DNA of 64,000 nucleotides from Dendrobates tinctorius (taxonomy: Eukaryota). Position numbers and translations under genes: made by a program. The stretch lies in assembly GCF_039654945.1 (NCBI RefSeq), contig NW_027361784.1, positions 13,454,001 through 13,518,000 of the forward strand, written 5' to 3'. Every line of letters begins with the position of its first letter. Position 1 is the stretch's first letter. Under the pieces are notes generated by a model, which worked only from the letters and a program-made list of their open reading frames with translations, had not been told where the DNA came from and ran no database searches. Positions 14,930-28,579 of this stretch are shown piece by piece.

Positions 14930-16495
14930 TTAATTAGTACAAAAAAATCCAGACTAATTATACTTTGAGAGAATTCAGAGAGAATGAACATCATCTAGAG
15001 GGACTACCACAAGTGAGAGGATCTTCTTAAGAATTTATTGCATTGTAGTATCCTAGACCCCTGTTAGTATGGGAATTTTTAAGGTTTGAGTAAGGTTAGG
15101 TTTTATTTTTACACGACAGTCAATTATTTGAATAGTAATTAGCTATTTTATATGTACACATCAACCAACTGTGTAAATATTTTTTTATGGCCATCATAAA
15201 CACCCTTGCAAAAAAAAGTATAGTGGCTGTTGCATCACGGAACATGTTCACCTTCGTGTTCTAGTGGTGGTGTCTGAAGAGACGTGGAGTATTGCCTCCG
15301 AAAAATGTTTTCCCAGTTTAAAGTAGCGGGTCTCCTATGTGTGTAATGGCAGTAATGGAATGGACCCTCTTGATGTATGCAATGATATCAATATACCCAC
15401 ATACACTGCCTGCATGCCTTGCACTGATATGTACATAGCCACATAGACTTCCCTGTCTACCTAGCACTGCAATCTATATTCCCCGTATTTAGTCCTTAGA
15501 AGGACTGTTGTTTTAGCTGGATTTGTGGATTCTATGATGGTATACCCACACTAACTTATAAATCCCCAAATCTGACCCTATCTCAGCAGAAGCTCTCCCT
15601 ACACTATCTGATTCTGGATGTGACTGCGATGAGCAAGGTGGAGGCAGGTCTTATATAGACCTGATGATGCTGTGCGGCCAGCCAATCCCTGTAATACCAG
15701 ACCAAAGATGGCTGCGGCATTACAGTGCATGGCAGACAATCCCTGAATGCAGGGTAGGGACATGCAGGATAGGGACCTGAGCTCCCACCAAATAATAACG
15801 GAAATGCTTGGTTTTCACGGAGTACCATGAGTACAGCGATGATCGGGGAGTAGCGAGCATTACCGAGCCTGCTCGCTCATCACTAGTCCCCACAGCTGCC
15901 TGTTTCATGGCTGTTGGACAGCCGCAATACATGCAGGGATTGCCTGTTTATTTGGAATTTCCTGCATGTGTTGCAGCTGACAAATAGCCATGAGACATGC
16001 AGTCGCGGGGACTTAAACATGTTATTCATGCAAGCCGATGTCACTCGGTTAACACACGAGCATGCTCAGATATCACCTTATCTGAGAACATTCTCTCATC
16101 ATCACTAGATGTGAGCCTCTCATATACAGGAGCAGTTTATCTCTGCTGTGTTCTCAATGTATGGGAATCCTTCAGCACAAGTCTTAGTAAATGGTCACTT
16201 TTCAACTCCGCTTCAGGTCGTTAACAGCACCGTCAGTGTCCCCCCACCTCACCCCTTCTCTTCATTATTACATTAGAAACACGGCTACAAATATTGAGAG
16301 GCAATGAAAGATTTGAAGGACTGAGGTGCGAGGGAAGTGAATTTAAAACTCCAGCTTATGCATTTCTATTTTTTTCCACCAAGATGTGGTGCAGAGTGTA
16401 CAGAGTATACTTGGTGTGTTTTTAAGCTGAACACTGCACTACATCACTTTTGCTTACCACCAGCATGTTAGCATGTTTATTCTGCCTGAGATATA

Positions 16496-17976
16496 CAGTG
16501 GGTACGGAAAGTATTCAGACCCCTTTACATTTTTCACTCTTTGTTTCATTGCAGCCATTAGGTAAATTCAAAAAAGTTCATTTTTTTTCTCATTAATGTA
16601 CACTCTGCACCCCATCTTGACTGAAAAAAAACTGAAATGTAGAAATTTTTGCAAATTTATTAAAAAGGAAACACTGAAATATCACATGGTTATAAGTATA
16701 CAGACTATTTGCTCAGACACTCATATTTAAGTCACATGCTGTCCATTTCCTTGTGATCCTCCTTGAGATGGTTCTACTCCTTCATAGGAGTCCAGCTGTG
16801 TTCAATTAAACTGCTAGGACTTGAATTGGAAAGGCACACATCTGTCTATATAAGACCTCACAGCTCACAGTGGATGTCAGACCAAATGAGAATCATGAGG
16901 TCAAAGGAACTCGCCAAAGAGCTCAGAGACAGTATTGTGGCAAAGCACAGATCTGGCCAAGGTTACAAAAGAATTTCTGCAGTACTCAAGGTTCCTAAGA
17001 GTACAGTGACCTCCATAATCCTTAAATGGAAGAAGTTTGGGACCACCAGAAGTCTTCCTAGACCTGGCCATCCAGCCAAACTTAGCAATCTTGGGAGAAG
17101 AGCCTTGGTGAGAGAGTGAGAGAGATATAGAAGAACCCCAAGATCACTGTGTCTGAGCTTCACAGATGCAGTAGGGAGATGGGTGAAAGTTCAACAAAGT
17201 CAACTATCATTGCAGCCCTCCACCAGTTGGGCTTTTATGGCAGACTGGCCTGACTGAAGCCTCTCCTATGTGCCAGACATATAAAAGTCTGCATAGAGTT
17301 TGCAAAATACACATGAAGGTCTCCCAGATTATAAGAAATAAGAGTCTCAGGACAACTGGTTGCAATTGAAGAAAACATGAATGCTGCCAAGAACAGAGAT
17401 ATCCTGGATGAAAACCTCTTCCAGAGTGCTCTGGACCTCAGACTTGGCAGAAGGTTCACCTTCCAACAAGATAATGACCCTAAGCACACAGCTAAAACAA
17501 CAAAGGAGTGGCTTAAGAACAACTCTGTGACCATTCTCGACTGTTCCAGCCAGAGTCCTGACCTAAATCCAATTGAGCATCTCTCAAGAGACCTGAAAAT
17601 GGCTGTCCTCCAATGTTCACCATCCAACCTGACAGAACTTGAGAGGATCTGTAAGGAAAAATGGCAAAGGATCCCCAAGGACAGGTGTGAAAAATTTGGT
17701 GCTTCATTCCGAAGAAGATTCATGGCTGTACTAGCTCAAAAGGATGCTTCTACTCAATACTGAGCACATGGTCTGAATTCTTATGACCATGTGATATTTC
17801 AGTTTTTCTTTTTTAATTAATAAATTTGCAAAAATTTCTGCATTTCCCTTTTCTTCAATAAAGATGGGGTGTACTTTCATGAGAAAAAAAAATAACTTTT
17901 TTGCATTTACCAAATAGCTGCAATGAGACAAAGAATGAAAAATGTAAAGGGGTCTGAATACTTTACATATCCACTG
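16496..17976 (+). mobile_element. Decayed Tc1 element with internal deletion
   Basis: TIR CAGTGGGTACGGAAAGTATTCAGACCCC / inverted ...GGGGTCTGAATACTTTACATATCCACTG. Transposase pieces MRSKELAKELRD... and FQQDNDPKH...SPDLNPIE. Deletion near 17348. Confidence 0.93.
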
Positions 17977-17979
17977 CAC

Positions 17980-18451
17980 ATTGATCTTGGGATAATAATA
18001 ATTTCCACAATTGGATATGTTTAAATTAAATGTTCTTGTGCTGACTTTGTAATGGCTGTGTCTGACAGTTTCTGAGCATACCACATCTTGTGGCAGGGAA
18101 GTTTGCAAAAGAGAGTATACAGACATTACAGCATGGGAGGCAAATCATTCTTTCTTTGAAGTAAAACAATGTTTAAAAGCAGGCAGTGAAATGCTTTATC
18201 TCACACAAAAAAAATCAGCTGTAATCTCATGCTGTAATGTCTGTATACTCTTTTGCTCTCCATCCCACTTTTCCAGGAGTAGTATGATGAGACCATGTTC
18301 CTGTATGGACAGACAGCCATTACACAGGAGCACATTTATAAGATTATCTCAGCACAGGAACATTTTATTAAACCAGATCCAATTGTGGAACTTATTATTA
18401 TTCCGAGATCTATTGATTAAAGTTAACTTGTTCATGGGAAAACCTCTTTAA
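17980..18451. mobile_element. Palindromic Kolobok/T2-like MITE lacking its left tip
   Basis: Arms 17980-18025 and 18365-18415 are inverted. Ends gggaaaacctctTTAA. Confidence 0.6.
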
Positions 18452-18939
18452 CCCCTTCATGACCCAGCCTATTTTGACCTTAATGACCTGGCCATTTTTT
18501 GCAATTCTGACCAGTGTCCCTTTATGAGGTAATAACTCTGGAACGCTTCAACGCATCCTAGCGATTCTGAGATTGTTTTTTCATGACATATTGGGCTTCA
18601 TGTTAGTGGTAAATTTAGATCGATAATTTTTGCGTTTATTTGTGAAAAAATCAGAAATTTGGCGAAAATTTTGAAAATTTCGCAATTTTCAAATTTTGAA
18701 TTTTTATTCTGTTAAACTAGAGAGTTATGTGACACAAAATAGTTACTAAATAACATTTCCCACATGTCTACTTTACATCAGCACAATTTTGGAAGCAAAA
18801 TATTTTTTTGTTAGGAAGTTATAAGGGTTAAAAGTTGACCAGTGATTTCTCATTTTTACAACAAAATTTACAAAACCATTTTTTTTAGGGACCACCTCAC
18901 ATTTGAAGTCACTTTGAGGGGTCTATATGGCAGAAAATA

Positions 18940-21900
18940 CCCAAAAGTGACACCATTCTAAAAACTGCACCCCTCAAGCTACTCAAAACTACATTCAAGA
19001 AGATTATTAACCCGTTAGGTGTTTCACAGGAACTAAAGCAACATGGAAGGAAAAAAAAGGACATTTTAATTTTTCCAACAAAAATTTTCTTTCAGCATCA
19101 ATTTTTTCATTTTCACATGGGCAACAGGATAAAATGGATCCTAAAATCTGTTGGGCAATTTCCCCTGAGTACACCTATACCTCATATGTGGTCAAAAACC
19201 ACTGTTTGGGCGCACGGCAGGGCTCAGAAGGGAAGGAGTGCCATTTGACTTTTTGAATGGAAAATATGCTGGAATATTTAGCGCTTGCCATGTCACGTTT
19301 GGAGAGTCGCTGTGTGCCTAAACACTGGAGCTCCCCCACAAGTGACCCCATTTTGGAAACTAGACCCCTCAAGGAACTTATCTAGATGCATAGTGATCAT
19401 TTTGAACCCCCAGGTGCTTCTCAAATTGATCCGTAAAAAAAAAAAAAGTACTTTTTTTCACAAAAATTATCTTTTAGCCTCAGTTTTTTCATTTTCACAT
19501 GGGCAACAAGATAAAATGGATCCTAAAATTTGTTGGGCAATTTCTCCTGAGTACACCGATGCCTCATATTTGGTCATAAACCACTGTTTGGGTGCACGGC
19601 AGGGCCCGGAAGGGAAGGAGCGCCATTTGACTTTTTGAATGGAAAATTAGCTCTAATCGTTATCGGACACCATGTCGCGTTTGGAGATCCCCTGTGTGCC
19701 TAAACATTGGAGCTCCCCCACAAGTGACACCATTTTGGAAACTAGACCCCTTAAGGAACTTATCTAGATGTGTAGAGAGCACTTTGAACCCCCAAGTGCT
19801 TCACAAAAGTTTATAACATAGAGCAGTGAAAATAAAAAATCATTTTTTTTCCTCAAAAATGATTTTTTAGCACGCTATTTTTTATTTTCACAAGGGTAAC
19901 AGGAGAAATTGAACCAAAAAAGTTGTTGTTCAGATTGTCCTGAGTATGCTGGTACCCCATATGTGGGGGGGGCACTGTTTGAGTGCACGGCAGGGCGCAG
20001 AAGGGAATGAGCGCCATTTGACTTTTTGAAATGAAAATTAGCTCCAATCGTTAGCGGACACCATGTCGTGTTTGGAGAGCCCCTGTGTGCCTAAACTTTG
20101 GAGCTCCCCCACAAATGACCCCATTTTGGAAACTAGACCCCCTAAGGAACTTATCTAGATGCATAGTGAGCACTTTGAACCCCCAGGTGATTCACAGAAG
20201 TTTATAATGCAGAGCAGTGAAAATAAAAAATCTTTTTTTTTCCTAATAAAATTTTTTTAGTTGGCAATTTTTTATTTTCACAAGGGTACTAGGATAAATT
20301 GGACCCCAAAAGTTGTTGTCCAGTTTGTCCTGAGTACGCTGGTACCCCATATGTGGGGGGGAACCACTGTTTGGGCACACGTTGGGGCTCAGCAGGGAAG
20401 TAGTGACATTTTGAAATGCTGACTTTGATGGAATGGTCTGCGGGCGTCATGTTACATTTGCTGAGCCCCTGTGTGCCTAAACATTAGAAACCCCCCACAA
20501 GTGACCCCATTTTGGAAACTAGACCCCCCAAGGAACTTATCTTGATGTGTGGTGAGCACCTTGAACCCCCAAGTGCTTCACAGAAGTTTATAATGCAGAG
20601 CCGTGAAAATAAAAAATCATTTTTTTCCCTCAAAAAAAATGAATTTTAGCACGCAATTTTTTTTTCACAAGGGTAACAGGAGAAATTGGACCCCAAAAGT
20701 TGTTGTCCAGTTTGTCCTGAGTACGCTGATACCCCATATGTGGGGGATGACCACTGTATGGGCACACGTCAGGGCTCGGAAGGGAAGTAGTGACGTTTTG
20801 GTATGCAGACTTTGATGGAATGGTCTGCGGGCATCATGTTACATTTGCAGAGCCCTTGATGTACCTAAACTGTGGAAACCCCCCACAAGTGACCCCATTT
20901 TGGAAACTAGACCCCCCCCAAGGAACTTATCTAGATGTGTGGTGAGCACCTTGAACCCCAAAGTGCTTCACAGATGATTGTAACGCAGAGCCATAAAAAT
21001 AAAAAAATCTTTTTTTTCCTCAAAAAATGAATTTTTAGCTCGCAATTTTTTATTTTAACAAGGGTAACAGGAGAAATTGGACCCCAAAAGTTGTTGTCCA
21101 GTTTGTCCTGAGTACGCTGATACCCCATATGTGGGGAGGGACCATTGTTTGGGCACACGTCGGGGCTCGGAAGGGAAGTAGTGACGTTTTGAAATACCGA
21201 CTTGATCGAATGGTCTGCGGGCATCATGTTACGTTTGCAGAGCCTCTGATGTGCCTAAACAGTGGAAACTCCCCACAAGTGACTCCATTTTGGAAACTAG
21301 ACCACCAAGGAACTTATCTAGATGTGTGGTGAGCAGCACTTTGAACCCCCAAGTGCTTCACAGAAGTTTATAACGCAGAACCGTGAAAATAAAAAATCTT
21401 TTTTTTCCTCAAAAAATGATTTTTTAGCCCGCAATTTTTTATTTTCACAAGGGTAACAGGAGAAATTGGACCCCAAAAGTTGTTGTCCAGTTTGTCCTGA
21501 GTACGCTGGTACCCCATATGTGGGGGGGAACCATTGTTTGGGCACACGTCAAGGCTCCGAATGGAAGTAGTGACATTTTGAAATGCAGACTTTGATGGAA
21601 TAATCTGCGGTCGTCATTACGTTTGCAGAGCCCCTGATGTGCCTAAACAGTGGAAACCCCCCACAAGTGACCCCATTTTGGAAACTAGACCTTCCAAGGA
21701 ACGTATGTAAGATGTGTTGTGAGCACTTTGAACCCCCAAGTGCTTCACAGAAGTTTATAATGCAGAGACGTGAAAATGAAAAAATCATTTTTTTCCACAA
21801 AAATAATTTTTTAGCCCCCAATTTTTTATTTTTCCAAGGGTAACACGAGAAATTAGTCCCCAAAAGTTGTTGTGCAATTTTTCCTGAGTACGCTGATACC

Positions 21901-22055
21901 TCATATGTTGGGGTAAACCACTGTTTGGGCACACGTCAGGGCTTGGAAGGGAGGGAGCACCGTTTGACTTTTTGAACGCAAAATTGGCTGGAATCAATGG
22001 TTGCACCATGTCGTGTTTGGCGACCCCCTGGTGTGCCTAAACAGTGGAAACCCCT
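18940..22055 (+). repeat. Tandem array of ~8 units, period ~388 bp
   Basis: Motif caagtgaccccattttggaaactagac recurs at 19339, 19721, 20112, 20498, 20886, 21276 and 21664. Confidence 0.95.
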
Positions 22056-22057
22056 CA

Positions 22058-22495
22058 ATTCTAACTCCAACCCTAACCCCAACACACCCCTAACCACAGC
22101 CCTAACCCTAACACATCCCTAACCACAAGCCTAACCCTAATTCCAACGCTAACCCTAATTCCAACCCTAACCCTAATTCTAACCCTAATTCCAACCCTAA
22201 CCCTAATTCCAACCCTAACCCTAACCCTCTTTCCAACCCTAACCCTCTTTCCAATCCTAACCCTAACCCTCTTTCCAACCCTAACCCTAACCCTCTTTCC
22301 AACCCTAACCCTCTTTCCAACCCTAACCCTCTTTCCAATCCTAACCCTAACCCTCTTTCCAACCCTAACCCTAACCCTCTTTCCAACCCTAACCCTCTTT
22401 CCAACCCTAACCCTAACTCTCTTTTCAACCCTAACCCTCTTTTCAACCCTAACCCTCTTTTCAATCCTAACCCTCTTTTCAACCCTAACCCTAAT
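22058..22495 (-). repeat. Telomere-like (CCCTAA)n array with 18/24-bp higher-order units
   Basis: aaccctaaccctctttcc and aaccctaaccctaattcc units. Source of the spurious LGLERG ORF. Confidence 0.95.
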
Positions 22496-23341
22496 GGAAA
22501 AATAAAAATAAAAATATTTTCTTTATTTTATTAGTTGTGCCTACCTATGGGGGTGATAATCGGGGGGTTTATTTACTTTTTCTTTCATTTTGATCACTGT
22601 GAGAGTGATCAAAATGAAAGAATGGAATATGCAGCCGGCAGATTCGGGCGGGCGCACTGCGCATGCGCCCGCTATTTTCTAAGATGGCGGCGCCCATGAA
22701 CCGGACCCGCCGGACACCGGGAGCGACAGGGGGACTTAGAAGGTGCCGGGGGAGGTGAGAGGGGGTGAGGGGCATATCGGAATCTGGCGGGGAGCAGAGG
22801 GAATGGGAGGGGGGCAGATGATGACAGCGGCGGCAGATCGCCGCTGTCATTCAGTTGCGGGGGGGCCGATCGCCAGTGGGGGGGTGGAATCGGTGTCTCC
22901 AGCCATGTCTGATGCTACAGCAGCATCGGCCATGGCTGGATTGTAATATTTCATCAATTTTCATTGATGAAATATTACTATCGCTCTGATTGGCTGTTTC
23001 ACTTTTAACAGCCAATCAGAGCGATCGTAGCCACGTGGGGGCGAAGCCACGCCCCCTGTGGTGAAGAACAAAGCCCCCTGTATCTGCGGGTCGGGTGACC
23101 TTTCAGTGACCTAGGTCACCCGACCCGCAGGGGGGCTTTAAAGTCATGACGCCACATAGGCATCATGGGTCGTTCTGGCACGACTTTTCATGACACCTAC
23201 GTGGCGTCAAAGGTCGTGAAGGGGTTAAAGATGCAAACCTGTTTCCTTAATTTAGATGACCGAGGAGCACGTCCCACACATTAAACTCAACTGCACCAAT
23301 CATTTTGTTTAAAGTGTTGTATTTCTAATGAACATGGGTAA

Positions 23342-23752
23342 GGCTAGGTTCACATTGCGTTGCGGGCAATGCGCTGGTGGCATCTGTTTCATAATGGCAC
23401 TAACGCTATGTAACATATGTGTTAACGCCACCATTTCCCGCCATAACAGTAGCGCATCCTAATGCATGCCAAAATCGGCATGCATTAGCGATGATGCGTT
23501 ACTTCATGATGCACCCTCGGATGAGGTCTGCAGCGTCCGAGGGTGCATTGGGTCTAGCGCACAGTGAACAGACACATTCGCTGTGCATAGAACTGTATGG
23601 GCTAACGCATGGTAGCGCATGGTAACGATCTGCTACCATGTGTTAGTGCATACGTTAGCGCTATGGTCACAAATGATGTAAAAAGTGACATCTGCGTTAG
23701 AGCATCCGTTTAACGGATCCATTAAACCGATGCCCCTAATGTGAACCTAGCC
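23342..23752. mobile_element. Harbinger/Tourist-like palindromic MITE
   Basis: TAA-GGCTAGGTTCACATT...AATGTGAACCTAGCC-TAA, 3-bp TAA target duplication. Confidence 0.88.
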
Positions 23753-24728
23753 TAATCATAACTAAATGAAATATATTTATTCTTTTTTTTCTTAAGGCCA
23801 GCTTAACATGTGCCATCTATGGAGAACAATATTAGATCCTCTCTGCTAATTACGCAGTAATTACTAGTTAATATGTTTTTAATTATATGATTGAAGTTTA
23901 TGCCTTCATATGTTATTCTCAACAGGCAGGAATAATGCAATCATATTTTAATGTGTTACAATTTTCCTTTTAATGTGAATTACTTAACAATTCCCACTGT
24001 TCTCTCATATTAATCATTCAATCTTTCATGCCACAATTATTGTCTTAATCCTTGGATTATTGTCATTCACTTTTTTTCTTTTGAAAACAAAGTTTCCATA
24101 ACTTCTGCAACTTACTGTCTTGAAATCAAAAGAGGAAATAACATCTTTTTATTCTGCTTTTTTTAACCTCGAATCTCCAAACAAAATTAATCCCAAGATC
24201 ATGGAGCTGAGCAGACTTTCTTTTAAGATAAAGGTTTTCTCAATTGGTAATGCCTTCTGGAGAAAGTCTTTCTACCTTCAAGATCTTTGAATTGATTCCA
24301 TTTGGTGATCCTGGCAACAAGAGATTTTGTTGAGTAACCTCTTAGGATTTCATATTTCAACCCGTTGGTAACTATCTTAAGAGTTTTCCCTGGTAAACAA
24401 TGTGTCAAGAAACACTAGAATCCTTGGAGTCTACAAGATTCAATTCTGTTATATAGCATCATCTGTAACACTTCTTTTGATTAGCCAGCCTGTCATGACT
24501 TCATCGCTGTGGCATTATGCCAATGTGACTTTGTGCTAGGTCGGCTAATCAAAAGACGAGCTATGGTTGTTACTAGGTAGGAGATGATTCTCCCTTTCCC
24601 TTCTACCACTCATATAACATTGTCATAGCCAAAGGAAAGGTACGTGCAATAAATCCACACCAATTTTAAAATCCATGATAGATTTTATCATATATTAAAT
24701 TAATGGCGATTTGACAACTGGACCGTTA

Positions 24729-25023
24729 GGGTATGTGCACACGTTAAGTCTTTGGTGCAGACATTTCTGCACCCTTCTTGCATCTCTTGGTAGGAAAAAT
24801 ATAGGTGCATTTTTTGTTGCTTTTTCCACACTCATTAGTATAGCTGAAATCGGTAGCAAAAATGCTGAAAGAATTTAAATTTTCACCAAATCTGCAAGTC
24901 AAAGATAAGCAAGATTTTTATTCACTTTGCTGGCATCAGGAAACCCTTTAGGTTTTGTGACAAATCAGCACAGAAAAATATGCAACAAAAAATGCGAAAA
25001 ATCTGCATTGTGTGCAAAGACCC
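24729..25023. mobile_element. Harbinger-like MITE
   Basis: TTA-GGGTATGTGCACAC...TGTGCAAAGACCC-TTA. Confidence 0.75.
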
Positions 25024-25189
25024 TTAGAGTTTAAGAGCTTAATGCCTACAGGCCAGGTGCTTTTGAATGATACAGTTATATACTGTACACAATACATTGC
25101 AGCAGGAGAACAACTTTGCATAATACATGATACCCTAATCTAAAGTATGAAGAAACTCAAACAGTAATATATGTAAATACATAAGAAGA

Positions 25190-26332
25190 ATTTTATCACA
25201 GTGTTTGCAGTGATCTCATTCATGTCACTGCAGTTCATCTGGCCGCTCTCAGTGAATTGAGCATGAGTACAGCTGGCATTGACCATCGGTAACCTATATC
25301 ACTGATGCTGTGCCCCAAGTTCAGCTCAGTGTCTCCTGAATTCCATAGTGAACTCATCATGCCACCGTTCATCAAGACATCCAGATGTAGCAGAGATGGA
25401 TTACGGTGCTTGACAACTGGATTACATTCTTGTCAGACAGGTGAGGAATATGCTGTTTTATTAGTTTTTTTCTTTTACAGGGGACATGGGCATTGATGAA
25501 TTATCTTCTTGTCGGAGAGATGAGGAGTATGGTTTTATATTACTTTAATTTTCACAGTAATATATGGGAAAAAAGAATCAGAGCTTATGTATTTCAAATG
25601 AAGGATTTTATTCTTGTTATCTGTTTATTTAAAAACTTACTAATGGGATAGCCTTATAGATGTTTCTCCATTACTAGCTCCTGGGTTAGATATCAGCTGA
25701 CAATACAAAGATGACATCAACCCCAACCCTATTACCACCACCACAGGGCAAGTGGTAAGAGCAAGGCTAAGCTCCAGATTTGGTGCATCTTATGAGTAAG
25801 CCATTTCTGAAGCTGCTGATGGATGATGTTGGTAGCCTGGTAGAGGGGGCAATAATACTGGCCCCTTCCCAGGTATTATTATCAACCCACATCTGTCTGT
25901 TTAGCCTTTGCTAGTTTGAATTTAAAGGGGGACCCCACTTCATTTTTTGGGGTCCCTGGTAAACTAGTATAGGCTATGCAAACAGCTGTGAGCTGTTATT
26001 AGTGGCATTGGAAACCTTTGGAACATTGTCCTCTTTTCCATATTAGTAACATCAGTCCCCAGCCGTGGGCTTTTCTTCTGCTAGTTATCAAGGAGCCCAT
26101 ACCAATTTTTTAAATTAAGTCTTTATTCTTAACACAATGTACACAGTAGGTGCTTAATACAACTCCCATAATTGTCGCCCGGTCATATTGATCACAGGGA
26201 CACACTATCCATGTGAAAAACTTAAAATATATGCACCACCATTGAATATGGTGGGAGTGCATGTGTCCATATTTGCAGTCCTTAAAAAACGGATGTCACA
26301 CAGAGACAAAAAACGGACTTGTGAAGGGGGCC
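25190..26332. mobile_element. Decayed non-autonomous DNA element with Harbinger-like right end
   Basis: Ends cggacttgtgaagggggcc-tta. Interior homologous to 5200-5760. Left boundary uncertain. Confidence 0.55.
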
Positions 26333-28579
26333 TTAAGGATGACAATAAATATTATGATTTAGTTAAAACCCTTAATTCCCAAAATGATCTGTTTAAGAGT
26401 TATTCAACATTGAAAAAAACATATTTTTTTCTGTTGGGTAGAGCATTCTAGAACTTTATATCTTTCTTATCAAATATATTATAATGATTCACAGGTCAGC
26501 TTCTAAGTTTGGATGGAATAAAAGCAAAATGACCACTGATTAACAACCTTTCTATTGAAAAAAATGAAAGAACAGTATATGTTTGGCAAACTCTTTCCAA
26601 TCCATTCCTCGGGCAGCAATCATTGAATAAAATCATTGTAAATTCTGGCTTCAGAACAGTTTGTTAGCTTCTAAAGGTCCAGGCAATTCGTTTCATTTTC
26701 CATATGTACAGATTGTATTTTCTGTTGGCTACCACATTTTTTTTCTTTTGCTTGGGGTAATAGTTCTTTGTATTAAATTTTGAAACTAACATTTACAATA
26801 ATATTATATCCCTTTTCTTGTTTTGTCACATGTTTACTTTTGATTGCTATGTAACTATGCAAATGCTAGTGATTTCTATTTCTAACGGAAAATTCATGAG
26901 GGAATTTAAAATACAAATTGAAAACCACATCATCTTTTTAATATGCATAAAATGCAGCAAAGTTTGTCAATGCCATCTGCTTTACAATATGACACTGGAA
27001 TTATACACAACATTATTTAAAACTAATTAGGGAACTGTTCTACAATGCACATAGTTCTTTGGTTGTGCATGCCATCGAATAATTTATTTTCATTGTTTGG
27101 GCATTGGAAATATTTTTTTTTGTAATTATGCAATAATTAGTAAACTGAAATGTAAAAACTGCTTCCGATAAATATGATATTTGCAAGCAAATTACACCTG
27201 AACTACATTCAAAATGGGTGTCAATGGACTGACTTTGCACTGCACTTAACAGAATTTAGGAGCACTCTGGTTTTCACTCTTACATCACTATTGCGTGATC
27301 TGGCCTCCACTACAAGATCATTAGTTTTGTTCACAGATTGATTAATTGCTAGTTAGTTGAGTGAGTTGAAGGAAAAATGTAGAGATACAATTTGCTCAAA
27401 ATTATCTTTCAGAAATGTATTTGACTTGAATTGAAGGTACAATTGCATCTCTCTTGACATTGTGTGAGGTCAACATGAATTCTTGATGTGGACGGGCATT
27501 GTCAATGCAGCCTGTGCCAAACGTGGCTAACATCTAAGACACTGAAGGTGGACAATCACTGATATATGCCAAATATGGGCTAGTTAGACTGGTGAGGACT
27601 GGAGAATTGAGCATACTTATTCCTATTTTTCTAATATCCTACTGGCCTTTTATCTTATAGGAAATTAACAGATGCCATTCATCCAAAGTTATTTGGATAA
27701 AATTGGCATTCCAAAGAATACGACTATTTTGTTAAATTGTAAGTGAATTTGATTCACTTCAAATCAATTTTTCTAGTATGCTGGGTTTAAACATAAGAAT
27801 TGCCAAAATCCAGCCTAGCCATTCTCATAATAGGTGGCGCAGGGATGATGGTGAATTTTAGCATGCGCGGTGCGCATTGGTTACTGAACCTGCCTGTTGA
27901 TTGTTCAGTCGACCTGCTTTTGCAATTGGCTTGTCAGTAGGACCAACAATGAAGCTGACAGCCAGATTGAATGATAGATTACATTTGACTCAGCATTTGA
28001 GGAGACTCCAAATTAACTAATACCATTAAGCAAGAGTGACTAGGTCTGAAAGTGGCAACCAGTAAAGAAGCAAAGACAGGTAAGTTTATTACAGAAGCAA
28101 TGTCAAACGGTTTAGATATAAAAGCACAATCTTGAGATTAAAAAAGGAAACAAGCTAATAAATAATGGATTCTAAACATTTAATTCAAAATACTGTCTTT
28201 TTAGTCAAATTTTTACACTGAAATGCATCAAAAACTAAAAGTTCTGAATATCTGCTCCTTACATCATTGGATCAAAGGACATGGTATTATGACTACCTTT
28301 ATAAAATTCTTAGGAATTCCAGTGTGGCAATAATATTCATGTCACATGTAAAACATTTTTCAAACAAAAATAAATTCTTAAAGTATAGAAAGTAAAATGT
28401 GATATTTTTCTTATGGATTATTATGACATTCAAAATTATTGAACTATTTCTAGACCACCAATAGACTTTGCTTGTTCTGGTGGTCCAAACTTTACTCTGC
28501 ACTGACATTTTAAGATGTCAGTGCAGAGAAAGCAGCTTGAAGGAGACTGTTCAGCTTAAGGGGTGGCAGATAGCTGTTA

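Larger units (their letters stand above)
18448..23228 (+). mobile_element. TTAA piggyBac-like non-autonomous element (4.8 kb) with internal ~388-bp tandem array and telomere-like array
   Basis: TTAACCCCTTCATGACC...GGTCGTGAAGGGGTTAA inverted termini. No transposase ORF. Confidence 0.9.

Noticed and set aside
22108-22482. 124-aa LGLERG-repeat ORF
   Set aside because: Translation of the telomere-like hexamer array, with no splice or coding context.
28495-28528. Perfect 14-bp-arm palindrome around TTAA (similar one at ~6455-6478)
   Set aside because: Most likely the centre of a decayed palindromic MITE. No evidence for a miRNA or other RNA gene.
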